A stretch of DNA of 62,923 nt, the filler included, from Octopus bimaculoides (lineage: Eukaryota): NCBI RefSeq assembly GCF_001194135.2. It is 4 parts of 4 records of this genome, joined end to end, with 100 filler letters (N's around TTAATTAATTAA, not from the genome) between each part and the next. Parts side by side here need not be neighbours in the genome. Positions count along the whole stretch, not along the records: positions 27,782 to 53,788 come from NC_068983.1; 3 more parts are not named here. One strand, written 5' to 3'. Shown piece by piece: positions 37,301-48,955 of the stretch. The first letter of the stretch is position 1, and each line of letters starts with the position of its first letter. The notes under the pieces are model-generated. The model was not told the DNA's origin. It ran no database searches and saw only the letters and a list, made by a program, of their open reading frames with translations. The position numbers and the translations under genes are program-made.

Positions 37301-38795
37301 GGTTAAGTTGAGCGAGCAGTTTTTATCCATTCTTTTATTGGCTTGTTCTCAGATCGCTTTTCCAGGGCAAGTTCCATTCATCTGCAGGAAAATGAGCATC
37401 GCGCTTTAATGAGCATCGCCAGTATGAAGGCTTCATCATAGCTAGCAGCTTTCAGCTTCGCGACTAAACCTGCTCATTTAACTATCGCTATTGGGTTTTC
37501 TCTTCGCGCGCACCTTTCTTTCACTACTGCTCACAATGTTGATGTATCACACGCAAATATAAGCCTCCTCTTAGCCAAGTGTGACATCAGAAATATCATA
37601 ATTGGAACAGGAGAAGACTACGTTTATTTATCTCTCAGAATGAAAAACTATTTGCAAGGCGATCTTCAAATAAACCTCATATACATGTGTGCCTCTATGT
37701 GTGTATATGTACATACATTCAATCATTCCTAAATACATATATAACTGTAGAGTGTGTATGCAGAAAAGCGTAATTAATAGTAAAATGTTACGTAAGTTTC
37801 GTAAGCTTGATTAACACAACTACATAACATATATGCGTGTGCGCATGTATGCTGTGTGTGTGAGTGTATGTTTGTGTGTGTGTGTGTGTATTCTGAAATT
37901 CTGGAACTGTCTGCTCAAATCATATCCGTGGTACCGTTTTGGACAATCAAATACCATTTCTACTCTCCATTCACTGTCGCTTGCATAATGTTTTTAGTTG
38001 GTTTAATTTTTTTGCTCCTAACACATTTCATTCCATCTTTCTGTCATCAGTGTCCATCCCATTCCTGCTTTCATTCACGCGAATACATAATATATACAAT
38101 ACAATATAATATATTACCATTTTATATATTATAAATACATGTATGTATATAAATATATATATATAAATATGTGGAAAGCGTTTAAATTACTGTCTATATG
38201 ATTGCACTATAAAACATCCTATACGCCCCAATTTCCAGTACGTTAGACGTATTAATAAGAATTCTTCAGCATTTTTCTCAAGCTTAATGTAGCAAAGATC
38301 TTGAATTAGCTTTGTTGATGACTTTTTAAAATCGTTTATCCATGTTCTACCCATAAGTATTTACTGGTTACAGAACAACTTTGACAATCTCTATCTTTCT
38401 TCTGAGATATTCCAGTTCCACCTCTAAGAAATTATCTTTCGTTATTTTCGCCTTTGCATTAACCGTTCATCTCTTCATGCCTCTTTTAAAACAATTTGCA
38501 TTTGTAGAACTCGTAACTCGAAGAAGGTTGAAAGAAAGAAGTATTTCAATAGCTTTGGTTCCTGTGGATAAAATTGTCTGTTTGTTTATTGACAAACGAT
38601 TTTGTTTTCCGACATTGTGATAAAGACTCACTTATTCTCATATATACTTGCATTATTATTAAATATGCTATTTATTAGATAAGAACAAGTTATTAAGTGC
38701 TGCTTTACGAGATAAAGGATATTGATGAACGCAACAAAATAAAGCAGAAATAACTAGTAGAAGTATTAATAATAATAATAGTAATAATAATAATG

Positions 38796-38856
<61 letters not shown>

Positions 38857-39574
38857 TAACATCAATAGGAATATTTAAATAGATGTGATAATGTTAATTA
38901 GTGCAACAATCTGCGGTGTGTGTGGGTGAGGCAAAGCAGCTAACAATTATTGTTATTTGAGAAGCGTGGGTCATTTAGTGTAGGGTGTAGAACTTAGGCA
39001 TAGAGAAACCTGAAGGCATATATTATAGGTTTATGTAACTAAGTTGAAAAGAAAAATTAATGAATGTAATAAGTCTAGTTACGTAGAGATAATGAATCTC
39101 CCAGCTGAGGTAAATATACTTAATAAGTGTAATAATATAAGACGAATAGTGTTAGTAATCAGAGTTACACGTGGCAAATATGATTGTGCAATCTATGATC
39201 TTGAAACAAGGTGAAGTATATTGAGAGCAAACTGCTCACAATACCAAATATGTAATTACATAAACAGATTTAAGAAGGGTTAATTATATATGGTAAAATA
39301 AGAATACAGGACTAAATGGATTAGCGCAGGCATTGCTGTGTACCTAATGAGTTCGCGGTCATTGGCAGATCCTACTGCGCGGCGTCTTCAGTAAACTTTC
39401 TCCTGCTACAGCCTAAGAAAAATTAGGTAGACCGAAGGTGCTTGTATTCCTAATATTGGAGACTACACTGGATCTTAACATGTTGTTCGGTTTAATACGG
39501 TCATAATGCAGTTGGAGTATCTTCATCAGTGTGGAGGCGCGTTGATTAGTGTGTGTGCGCGTAGATAAGGCGCG

Positions 39575-39790
39575 TAGATTAGTAGTTAGGGTCTTGGATT
39601 CATAATCATAAGATTGTGGTTTCCATTCCTGGACCAGGCGACGTGTTGTGTTCACGAGGGAAACATTTTATTTAATGTTTCTCCAGTTATCTCAGCTGGC
39701 AAAAGTGAGTCATCCTGCGACTGACTGGTGTCTCGTCCAGGAGGTAGTATATGCGCTACGGAAACAGGAAACCGCTCCTATGAGTTTATA
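39575..39790 (+). mobile_element. SINE family C, decayed
   Basis: AAGGCGCGTAGATTAGTAGTTAGGG (A-box-like)...TCCATTCC (B-box-like)...TTGTGTT...CTCAGCTGGCAAAAGTGAGT; homologous to the reverse complement of 43554-43874. Confidence 0.65.
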
Positions 39791-40240
39791 TGTCCCGGGA
39801 ACAATCTTTATCCCATTTATCTTGTCTTTAGCAGAGTCCTCTTATTAGGAAAGGTTCTGGTCAGATCACCAGTCTGAAGATACTTCAACGTTTTCACAAA
39901 GAAGCATGCTTTGTGCAACAACACATGAGCCGTGATACAATAATATTCTTTATTTCAAGGGGCAAATGTATAATTTGAGGGAAATTTGGTGGTTAACCTT
40001 AGTAAGTCGATAGAAATCGCGTAGAACTACCGTATAAAATGAGTTTCAACCAGAAGGCTAAAGAGCACATTGTCTACCTGAACTCTTTGATAATTGCTGG
40101 ATCAGCATTCACGTTAAGCCATGGTCAAAGCCAGAAGCAGGAGCAATATCAGCGGGACGAATACGAAAGAGGAACGAAGAACAGCTACAACAATTACAAA
40201 ACGTATGATATATGAGAATTATATAAATTGATTAACGTCT

Positions 40241-40500
<260 letters not shown>

Positions 40501-40574
40501 AGAGAAAAAGTAACGCACACACACATGCATATATTCTTTTCTACTCTAGGCAGAAAGCCTGAAATTTTGTGGAG

Positions 40575-40750
40575 GAGACTAGTCGATTAGATCGACCCCA
40601 GTACGCAACTTGTACTTAATTTATCGAACTCGAAAGGATAAAAGGTAAAATTGACCTGGGCGAAATTTGAACTCAGAATGTAAGGACAGATAAAATACCG
40701 ATAAGCATTTCACCCGGTGGGCTAACGTTTCTGCCAGCTCGCTGCCTTCA
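40575..40750 (-). mobile_element. SINE family B copy with tRNA-like head
   Basis: Reverse complement starts AAGGCAGCGAGCTGGCAGAAACGTTAGC...CTGAGTTCAAATTTCGCC (A/B-box-like), then the central domain. Confidence 0.85.
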
Positions 40751-40879
40751 CACATGTATATATTGCAATGTCTTGTGTTGTATCGTTGCTAGATGCTAGA
40801 ATTTTTCCACAACTTTTTCATAGATTCACATCTGATGAAATCAACTGTACACATTATATACTATATCTTTTGTGTGTTA

Positions 40880-41150
40880 TCGTTTATGTATTTCAGTCAG
40901 TGGAATTCTGCCATGCTGGAGCACAGCTTTGACGCGTGTAGTCGAGTACATCAACCCCAATATTTTCTTTTAAGCCTGGTACTTATTTTAACCGGTCTAA
41001 TATGCCGAATCGTTCGCCAAACTCAAACACAAAGACATACATACTCACACATAGATACCCATGGATATATATGTACACACATTCAAACAAACGCACACAC
41101 ACAAGCGCTCACACAAACACACACATACATACACACACACACATATTCAG
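40880..41150 (-). mobile_element. SINE family A 3' half, diverged
   Basis: TTTCAGTCAGTGG...CCATGCTGGAGCACAGC...GGTACTTATT...GCCGAATCG, followed by CA-rich repeat. Confidence 0.6.
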
Positions 41151-41979
41151 ATAGCACGTGTGTCGATAAAAGAATTAGTCTTCAATGTCATTGAAAGTAT
41201 AGGGCTAAATTTATCAAATAACATAGGTATGGAACACCTATAGACAAGACTCTCACTTTCTGTGCGAACAATTCAGTGAATCAAGCACTTCATCACCTTT
41301 TGTATGTTTAATATTCAACACTTGTAAATGTTCATTAAAGATGCAACGGCTCTGGCTGATATGCATATATATANNNNNNNNNNNNNNNNNNNNNNNNNNN
41401 NNNNNNNNNNNNNNNNNNNNNNNNNNNNNNNNNNNNNNNNNNNNNNNNNNNNNNNNNNNNNNNNNNNNNNNNNNNNNNNNNNNNNNNNNNNNNNNNNNNN
41501 NNNNNNNNNNNNNNNNNNNNNNNNNNNNNNNNNNNNNNNNNNNNNNNNNNNNNNNNNNNNNNNNNNNNNNNNNNNNNNNNNNNNNNNNNNNNNNNNNNNN
41601 NNNNNNNNNNNNNNNNNNNNNNNNNNNNNNNNNNNNNNNNNNNNNNNNNNNNNNNNNNNNNNNNNNNNNNNNNNNNNNNNNNNNNNNNNNNNNNNNNNNN
41701 NNNNNNNNNNNNNNNNNNNNNNNNNNNNNNNNNNNNNNNNNNNNNNNNNNNNNNNNNNNNNNNNNNNNNNNNNNNNNNNNNNNNNNNNNNNNNNNNNNNN
41801 NNNNNNNNNNNNNNNNNNNNNNNNNNNNNNNNNNNNNNNNNNNNNNNNNNNNNNNNNNNNNNNNNNNNNNNNNNNNNNNNNNNNNNNNNNNNNNNNNNNN
41901 NNNNNNNNNNNNNNNNNNNNNNNNNNNNNNNNNNNNNNNNNNNNNNNNNNNNNNNNNNNNNNNNNNNNNNNNNNNNNNN

Positions 41980-42046
<67 letters not shown>

Positions 42047-42104
42047 GTGCGTGTGTGCGTGCGTGTATGTATTTATAAATGTATGTATGTATCTGCATTT
42101 ATGT

Positions 42105-42270
42105 ATGAGTATGAGAAGGTTTACTTCAGTTTTTGCCTATCAAATCCACTCACAAGTCTTTGGTCTGCCAGGTGCTACAGTTAAAAAACTTGCTCATGGT
42201 GCCGCACAGCCGGACTGAATCCAAGGCCACATTGTTGGGAAGCAAGCTTCTTAAAGACTCAGCCACACAG
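42105..42270 (-). mobile_element. SINE family A head, diverged
   Basis: CAAATCCACTCACAAG...GTTGGGAAGCAAGCTTCTT...CAGCCAC, adjacent to (TA)(TG)n. Confidence 0.7.
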
Positions 42271-42985
42271 ACGAGATAAAAACTGAAAAATCTTCTGTAT
42301 CACATATCCTTGGTATTTTGAAAAGAAACGAAATTGTTGTCTTATCAACTCTTATCGTTGAAACGAAAAAACACGACCAAGTACAAATATTACATAACAC
42401 CACGGTTATCGGGTAAGATGATTTATATGAACTCCGAAATAAACTAGGAAAAAATTTGGTAGCAGGAAATGCTGCGTTTATACATTCCCGTCCTGCTCGT
42501 TTTCTTCATGTTTATTTTATATTTAGTTTGAGTTTAATTTTGATGTCCACGGCATGTTTTGGAAATAACACTCAGTCTGCCCTCAATTCTCTATCTCTAG
42601 AAAGGAATGTAACTCTAGTTATAAAATGAATGAAATAAAAGACCGAAGTCTGGAATTAAACAACAACAACAACAAAAATAATTTGCTGAAGTGTGAGCTT
42701 CTGCACATTTGCTCAGGTTACGAGAAATAGCAGTCAAGTAGCTCTAAAATAGCGTATGTGTTGCACGTAGAGTGTAAATGAAGAAAAAATGGAAGTGCAT
42801 GTGTATGTGGATGGGTGGGGGTATTGTCGTGTAGTTGAAGGTTGTGTCTTCGTTCTCGCTTGTACACCATCTTAGAGCGGGTGTTGATAAAGAAACTGCG
42901 AATGATAGGTGCCAGATTTCAACGGAATGTACTAGGATTCAATGGATTAGCTGAACTCTCTCAAACTGTAGACTTAATCGAATCT

Positions 42986-43023
<38 letters not shown>

Positions 43024-43553
43024 GTGTGTGTATCTATGTATTATGCGTGTTTATGAAGGGCTTCTTTCAATTTTTCTCTACGAAATTCACTCACGAGGTT
43101 TTGGTCTGCTTGGTACAATAGTTAAAGACACTTGAAGTTTTTTCAGAGCTTAAAATGTCTCCAGGGCACAGCTGAAATGGCGGGGGAATGAATGATCATA
43201 TGTTACCAGCTGGTACATGTTGAGTTCGTGTCCACTTTTGACAGAACAGGACACTTAAATCCACATTTCTCATCTCAATAAAATACCTGTTGCAGAAAAA
43301 ATAACAGGTGGAATTTTAATGGATATATTATCCACGAATCTACGAATAATCCAAGATGTAGTAGTTTCATACAGCATCCCAACCTGGTGCATAACCACAA
43401 CCCATTTTCCATCTCTCTTCTCATTTATATTTTCTCTTTAACAGCCCCTTTATTTTTCTTGTAAACATTTCATCTGATGAAGTACTTGCGTCCAAATCGC
43501 TAAGATTTCTTCCGTCCCTTTGAGACAAATACAGCATGCAGAGATATTATCTA

Positions 43554-43874
43554 AGGAGCACTTCGTCGGTTACGACGACGAGGGTCCCAGCTGATACGAT
43601 CAACGGAACAGCCTGCTCATAGAATTAACGTGCAAGTGGCTGAGCAATCCACAGACACGTGTACCGCCTAACGTAATTCTCAGGGAGACTCAGCGTGACA
43701 CATAGCGTGACAAGGCCGGCCTTTTGAAATACAGGTACTACTCATTTTTGCCAGCTGAGTGGACTGGAGTAACGGGAAATAAAGTGTCTTGCTCAAGGAC
43801 ATAACGCGTCGCCGGGAATCGAACTCACACCCTTACAATCGTGAGCCGAATGCCCTAAACTACGCGCCTTCATC
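43554..43874 (-). mobile_element. SINE family C, full-length, 13-bp target-site duplication
   Basis: Minus strand: tRNA-like head (B box GAGTTCGATTCCC), CORE-like TCCTTGAGCAAGACACTT, tail ...CCTCGTCGTCGTAACCGACGAAGTGC. TSD GAGATATTATCTA at 43541-43553 and 43875-43887. Confidence 0.92.
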
Positions 43875-44609
43875 GAGATATTATCTATTTACACATAAAC
43901 ATACTAATTCAGTTATTTAAAATAAATTTGGAGAAGTGATTTTCTCATTCACCAATTGAAGATGCGTGATGTGTATTTTTCATTTCAAAGTTTCAGCTCA
44001 GAGCTGCGGCCATGCTGATGCACCACCGTGTATGTAGACATCTATTAAGAAACAGGTAGAATAAAATATTTCATGCGACAATTTGCCAGTACATTACAAT
44101 GAAGATTACCATTGTGTTAGACGAGCAAATAAATAATTCTCAAGTCTTTCTCAAATCTCACTGTTGAATCATTTAGAATATAAAAGGGAAAATGACACTG
44201 AAGATAATTAGTCTAAGATAACACATCTCAATATAAAAGACGTGATGGACATGACTGGAATGACTTTGATAAGAATTTTCCTCAAATAGAACTGATGGAG
44301 CACAAAGCAACAACACAGCAACGAAAAAAAAAATAAATAAATAAACGACAGCAACCAGAAGGATGACGACGACAACGATAGCGAGGCTTACAACATCTGC
44401 CCCACTTTCATGACATAACTCAGACATTAAACAGGTGAAGTAGTGTTTGACAGAAATAATACTAAATTTACAAGATACAACGAATCAGAAACGTGAGTAT
44501 CAATTCGCACGCACACACACACACACACACGCACACACAAACACACACATACACGCACCCACACATGCATACACACATGTATGCATGTACACACGCACGC
44601 ACACACACA

Positions 44610-44646
<37 letters not shown>

Positions 44647-45059
44647 GTATGCACGCATACACATATGCAAACATATACATAAACATACACACATACAATG
44701 AGTTTGGGCGTAGAAACGAGAGAGGTTACACAATGCGTCTTTATTTATTCATTTGTTCAAAGCTGAAACAACACTATAAACATAAAAATCAAATATATTG
44801 ACTACGAAGATACATAGACAACTACGGATATATATATATAAGTATATCTATGCGTCTATGTGTGTATGGTTATGCACACACACACACATACACAAACAAT
44901 TAGACACACAAATACATAAGTATACACAAGCGCACATATATTTTTACATTGGGCGTTCAAAAAGCGACAATAAGTGAAAGCCACTACAATTTTCAGTGTT
45001 TCTTAGTAGCAGTTGCTTATAAGGGTGTGTAAATACACGTGGTTGTATATAAATCCACT

Positions 45060-45212
45060 TTATATAGCTTACTTCCAAACCTCATGGTTCTGGATTCAGT
45101 CCTACTGCGTGACACCTTGAGGAGATATTTCTACTACAGAGCTGGGCCGGCCGAAGACTTGTGAGTGGATTTGCTAGGGGGAGACTGAAAAATTCCCCTC
45201 GTGTATATATAT

Positions 45213-45245
<33 letters not shown>
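45060..45245 (+). mobile_element. SINE family A head running into (TA)n and a gap
   Basis: GATTCAGTCCTACTGCGTGACACCTTGAGG...GCCGAAGACTTGTGAGTGGATTTG...CTCGTGTATATA. Confidence 0.75.
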
Positions 45246-45771
45246 NNNNNNNNNNNNNNNNNNNNNNNNNNNNNNNNNNNNNNNNNNNNNNNNNNNNNNN
45301 NNNNNNNNNNNNNNNNNNNNNNNNNNNNNNNNNNNNNNNNNNNNNNNNNNNNNNNNNNNNNNNNNNNNNNNNNNNNNNNNNNNNNNNNNNNNNNNNNNNN
45401 NNNNNNNNNNNNNNNNNNNNNNNNNNNNNNNNNNNNNNNNNNNNNNNNNNNNNNNNNNNNNNNNNNNNNNNNNNNNNNNNNNNNNNNNNNNNNNNNNNNN
45501 NNNNNNNNNNNNNNNNNNNNNNNNNNNNNNNNNNNNNNNNNNNNNNNNNNNNNNNNNNNNNNNNNNNNNNNNNNNNNNNNNNNNNNNNNNNNNNNNNNNN
45601 NNNNNNNNNNNNNNNNNNNNNNNNNNNNNNNNNNNNNNNNNNNNNNNNNNNNNNNNNNNNNNNNNNNNNNNNNNNNNNNNNNNNNNNNNNNNNNNNNNNN
45701 NNNNNNNNNNNNNNNNNNNNNNNNNNNNNNNNNNNNNNNNNNNNNNNNNNNNNNNNAGATATATATATATA

Positions 45772-45983
45772 CGAGGGTGCGCTGAAAAGTGACTGGTTTT
45801 AAGGGTATCGCGAAAGGCCTGGTTGTAGGCCCGACTTTCCAATTTCTTTTACAGGGCTTAGAAAAACTGAAGGACGCTGAAATGTGTGTGGATTTGAAAG
45901 GGGAATGTATTAAATAAAATCATAATTAACCGATTCTCCTGTATTTTCTTTTACCCAAAGCTAGGAACTTTTCAGCACCCCTC

Positions 45984-45984
<1 letters not shown>
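45772..45984 (+). mobile_element. mariner-derived MITE (213 bp), ~30-bp TIRs, retains the transposase C-terminal remnant
   Basis: TA|CGAGGGTGCGCTGAAAAGTGACTGG... and ...CTAGGAACTTTTCAGCACCCCTCG; internal GLRKTEGR*NVCGFERGMY-type sequence aligns, with frameshifts, to the mariner C-terminal KCVELKGEYVE* motif. Confidence 0.85.
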
Positions 45985-46017
<33 letters not shown>

Positions 46018-46878
46018 CCAAAAAGGTGAGCTATCGTATCTTCAAATGTCATGTGTATTTAATAAGTCAGCAATTATCCAAACCGCTCCTGTATATAAAG
46101 TCTGTGTATTTCTTAGTCTTTTTCCTTTATTTTTTTTCGAGTTCTGAAACATCAAGTAGCGATGTGGAGGTAATTATCTTGGGATATAACATAGAACACA
46201 ACCGAAATTCAATAAACTTTTTCTTTAGTGCAGAAGAGTTCTAGAATAACATCTAAACTCCGTTGTAATTATTACATTTGCGCGACCATAATGTTTCACT
46301 GAAGCAGCAGATGGTTTCAGATTAGAAATGACGGCTATAGCTATATGACGTTCATTCAAAATAAATAGCTATTTACTTTTTCAAGACCATATCCATCGAT
46401 CCTCATTATATTACAGGGTTATATAACTTCAGCAAAATCGATCTATGCGAGGTTAAACAAGTTTAACTATGGGAGTAACTCGAAAACTTAATGAAAAAGA
46501 CAAGCACAAAGACATGTAGACGCATATAAATATATATACAAAGAATTAATAATTATATATATATGTATATTAATATATATATATATTAAGGAAGAAAGTT
46601 GAGACATGCCTTATCTCATCCATACTGAATTAATATCTAAAACATTACGAAACTACCAAGAAAATCTGCATAAATACATGCGATTGAAAGTGGGCTAGTG
46701 AGAAGACATTTAAAGAGACTCCACATTAATTGCGAATTAGTTTATTTCAACATTAAAATCTTAAATGGAATTTCTTCTGTCATCAGCGCAATACGGGTAA
46801 ATTTATACGAACAAGTGTTAATACATACCATAATATAGTGAGTTTTATATATGAATTTATATTAAAAAATTTATATAA

Positions 46879-46910
<32 letters not shown>

Positions 46911-47784
46911 NNNNNNNNNNNNNNNNNNNNNNNNNNNNNNNNNNNNNNNNNNNNNNNNNNNNNNNNNNNNNNNNNNNNNNNNNNNNNNNNNNNNNNNNNN
47001 NNNNNNNNNNNNNNNNNNNNNNNNNNNNNNNNNNNNNNNNNNNNNNNNNNNNNNNNNNNNNNNNNNNNNNNNNNNNNNNNNNNNNNNNNNNNNNNNNNNN
47101 NNNNNNNNNNNNNNNNNNNNNNNNNNNNNNNNNNNNNNNNNNNNNNNNNNNNNNNNNNNNNNNNNNNNNNNNNNNNNNNNNNNNNNNNNNNNNNNNNNNN
47201 NNNNNNNNNNNNNNNNNNNNNNNNNNNNNNNNNNNNNNNNNNNNNNNNNNNNNNNNNNNNNNNNNNNNNNNNNNNNNNNNNNNNNNNNNNNNNNNNNNNN
47301 NNNNNNNNNNNNNNNNNNNNNNNNNNNNNNNNNNNNNNNNNNNNNNNNNNNNNNNNNNNNNNNNNNNNNNNNNNNNNNNNNNNNNNNNNNNNNNNNNNNN
47401 NNNNNNNNNNNNNNNNNNNNNNNNNNNNNNNNNNNNNNNNNNNNNNNNNNNNNNNNNNNNNNNNNNNNNNNNNNNNNNNNNNNNNNNNNNNNNNNNNNNN
47501 NNNNNNNNNNNNNNNNNNNNNNNNNNNNNNNNNNNNNNNNNNNNNNNNNNNNNNNNNNNNNNNNNNNNNNNNNNNNNNNNNNNNNNNNNNNNNNNNNNNN
47601 NNNNNNATACAAAACATGTCATAACATTTCTATAACATAATCATTCTTACGGCCGTTTCCGATTCCAATGACAATCGGTGCTGAGGAAGCAATTACGAAA
47701 ATAATACTCTTTACCCTCATGGGACATTCGATCTATTACACGGAACTTCATTAGAGTGAATACAAATGTGTGTATATATATATA

Positions 47785-48286
47785 TACGTGCATAAGGGAT
47801 GACCACTAGGTGGACATCCGATATGCTAGAAAGAGGTCATCAACGACCCAACCACAAAGAAAAATAATGTTCTCCAGAAAAATTTCGCTAAGCACCAGAA
47901 CAGGACAAAATGAGAAATATACAGAATAAAGAATTATCTATGTACTGCAGTTTCGAACAGTAACGTTTTACTTACGTAACAACATCCGTGTTCTCATCAG
48001 CATAGACGTTCTAGAATCAATATAATTTGCAGAACTATACACGAATTGTCTTCATGAAATAAGACTTGCATATAGTTCTACCGATTACATTGGGGCTATT
48101 TTTCAAAATGCCTCAGCTCCGGCGCGCAAATAGATAATTCTTTGTTCTGTATATTTCTCAATTTGTCCTGTTCTGGTGTTTTGCGAAATTTTTCTGGAGA
48201 ACATTATTTTTCTTTGTGGTTGGGTCGTTGATCACCTCTTTCTAGCATATTGGTTGTCCACCTAGTGGTCATCCCTTAAACACGTG
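47785..48286. mobile_element. 502-bp TA-flanked inverted-repeat element (157-bp arms) carrying a hammerhead ribozyme
   Basis: Arms 47785-47941 and 48130-48286 are reverse complements with 10 mismatches by my count; TA on both flanks; no ORF; hammerhead in the spacer abutting the left arm. Confidence 0.9.
47936..48007 (-). ncRNA. Type I hammerhead ribozyme, intact catalytic core
   Basis: Minus strand GTCTATG-CTGATGA-GAACA[cggatgtt GTTACGT aagtaaa ACGTTAC]TGTTC-GAAAC-TGCA-GTA^CATAGAT: 7-bp stem I, G-C-closed stem II, stem III with palindromic UGCA loop, GUA cleavage triplet. Confidence 0.9.
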
Positions 48287-48498
48287 TAATACAATTTTTT
48301 TCTGAATTTTCAGATTTTTTTATATGCTACGCCACTTGATTTTGAATTAATATTCAATTTATCACCCTATCCAGTAGTACTATTATACTTACTTCTAGGT
48401 TCGTGTCTGGGCTACTGTGGTGTGTGAAGAGATAATTGAAAAAAATGGAGTCAATAAGAGAGAGAACGGTTGGATATTTATTTGCAATCACTACAATT

Positions 48499-48955
48499 GT
48501 TTCTACGCAACGTAATTCTCCAGGCGTGCAGGTACTCGATTATGCAAACGTTTCTTTGCCTTATGAGATCTAGTTTCCTCAGACAATATGTAAATATTGT
48601 TTCCGTAAGTTCAAATGCTTCAAGAGCAACCTTTTTGTCTGTCGTGGCCTGAAGTTAGTAATCACTGAGTTTATCAAGGTGTGTTTTTGCTGAAGGACCG
48701 TTGGCAAACTGCTGAAGGACCGTGGGCAAATTGCTTGCCAACAGTCTTTCAGCAACAACACACTGTGATACACCAATGACTACTACTAAATTCAGGCCAA
48801 GACAAACACAGATGAAATTCTTGAAGCCGAGAATTTGAACTTACGGAGACAATATTTACATATCACCCGAAGAAACACAAGTAGATCTCGTAACGCAGGG
48901 AAACTGTTGCATAATCAAGTACCTGCCCGCCTGGAGAACTAAGTTTGAAAGAAAC
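48499..48955. repeat. Old inverted-repeat element (~160-bp diverged arms, 48499-48660 and 48784-48955) with a 22-bp tandem duplication in the spacer
   Basis: Shared blocks TTTGAACTTACGG.ACAATATTTACATAT and TTGCATAATC.AGTACCTGC.CGCCTGGAGAA in opposite orientations. Confidence 0.7.

Noticed and set aside
38250-38620. Possible pogo/Tigger transposase remnant on the minus strand
   Set aside because: Only vague similarity (AEKNAEEF) amid many stops; no TIRs found.
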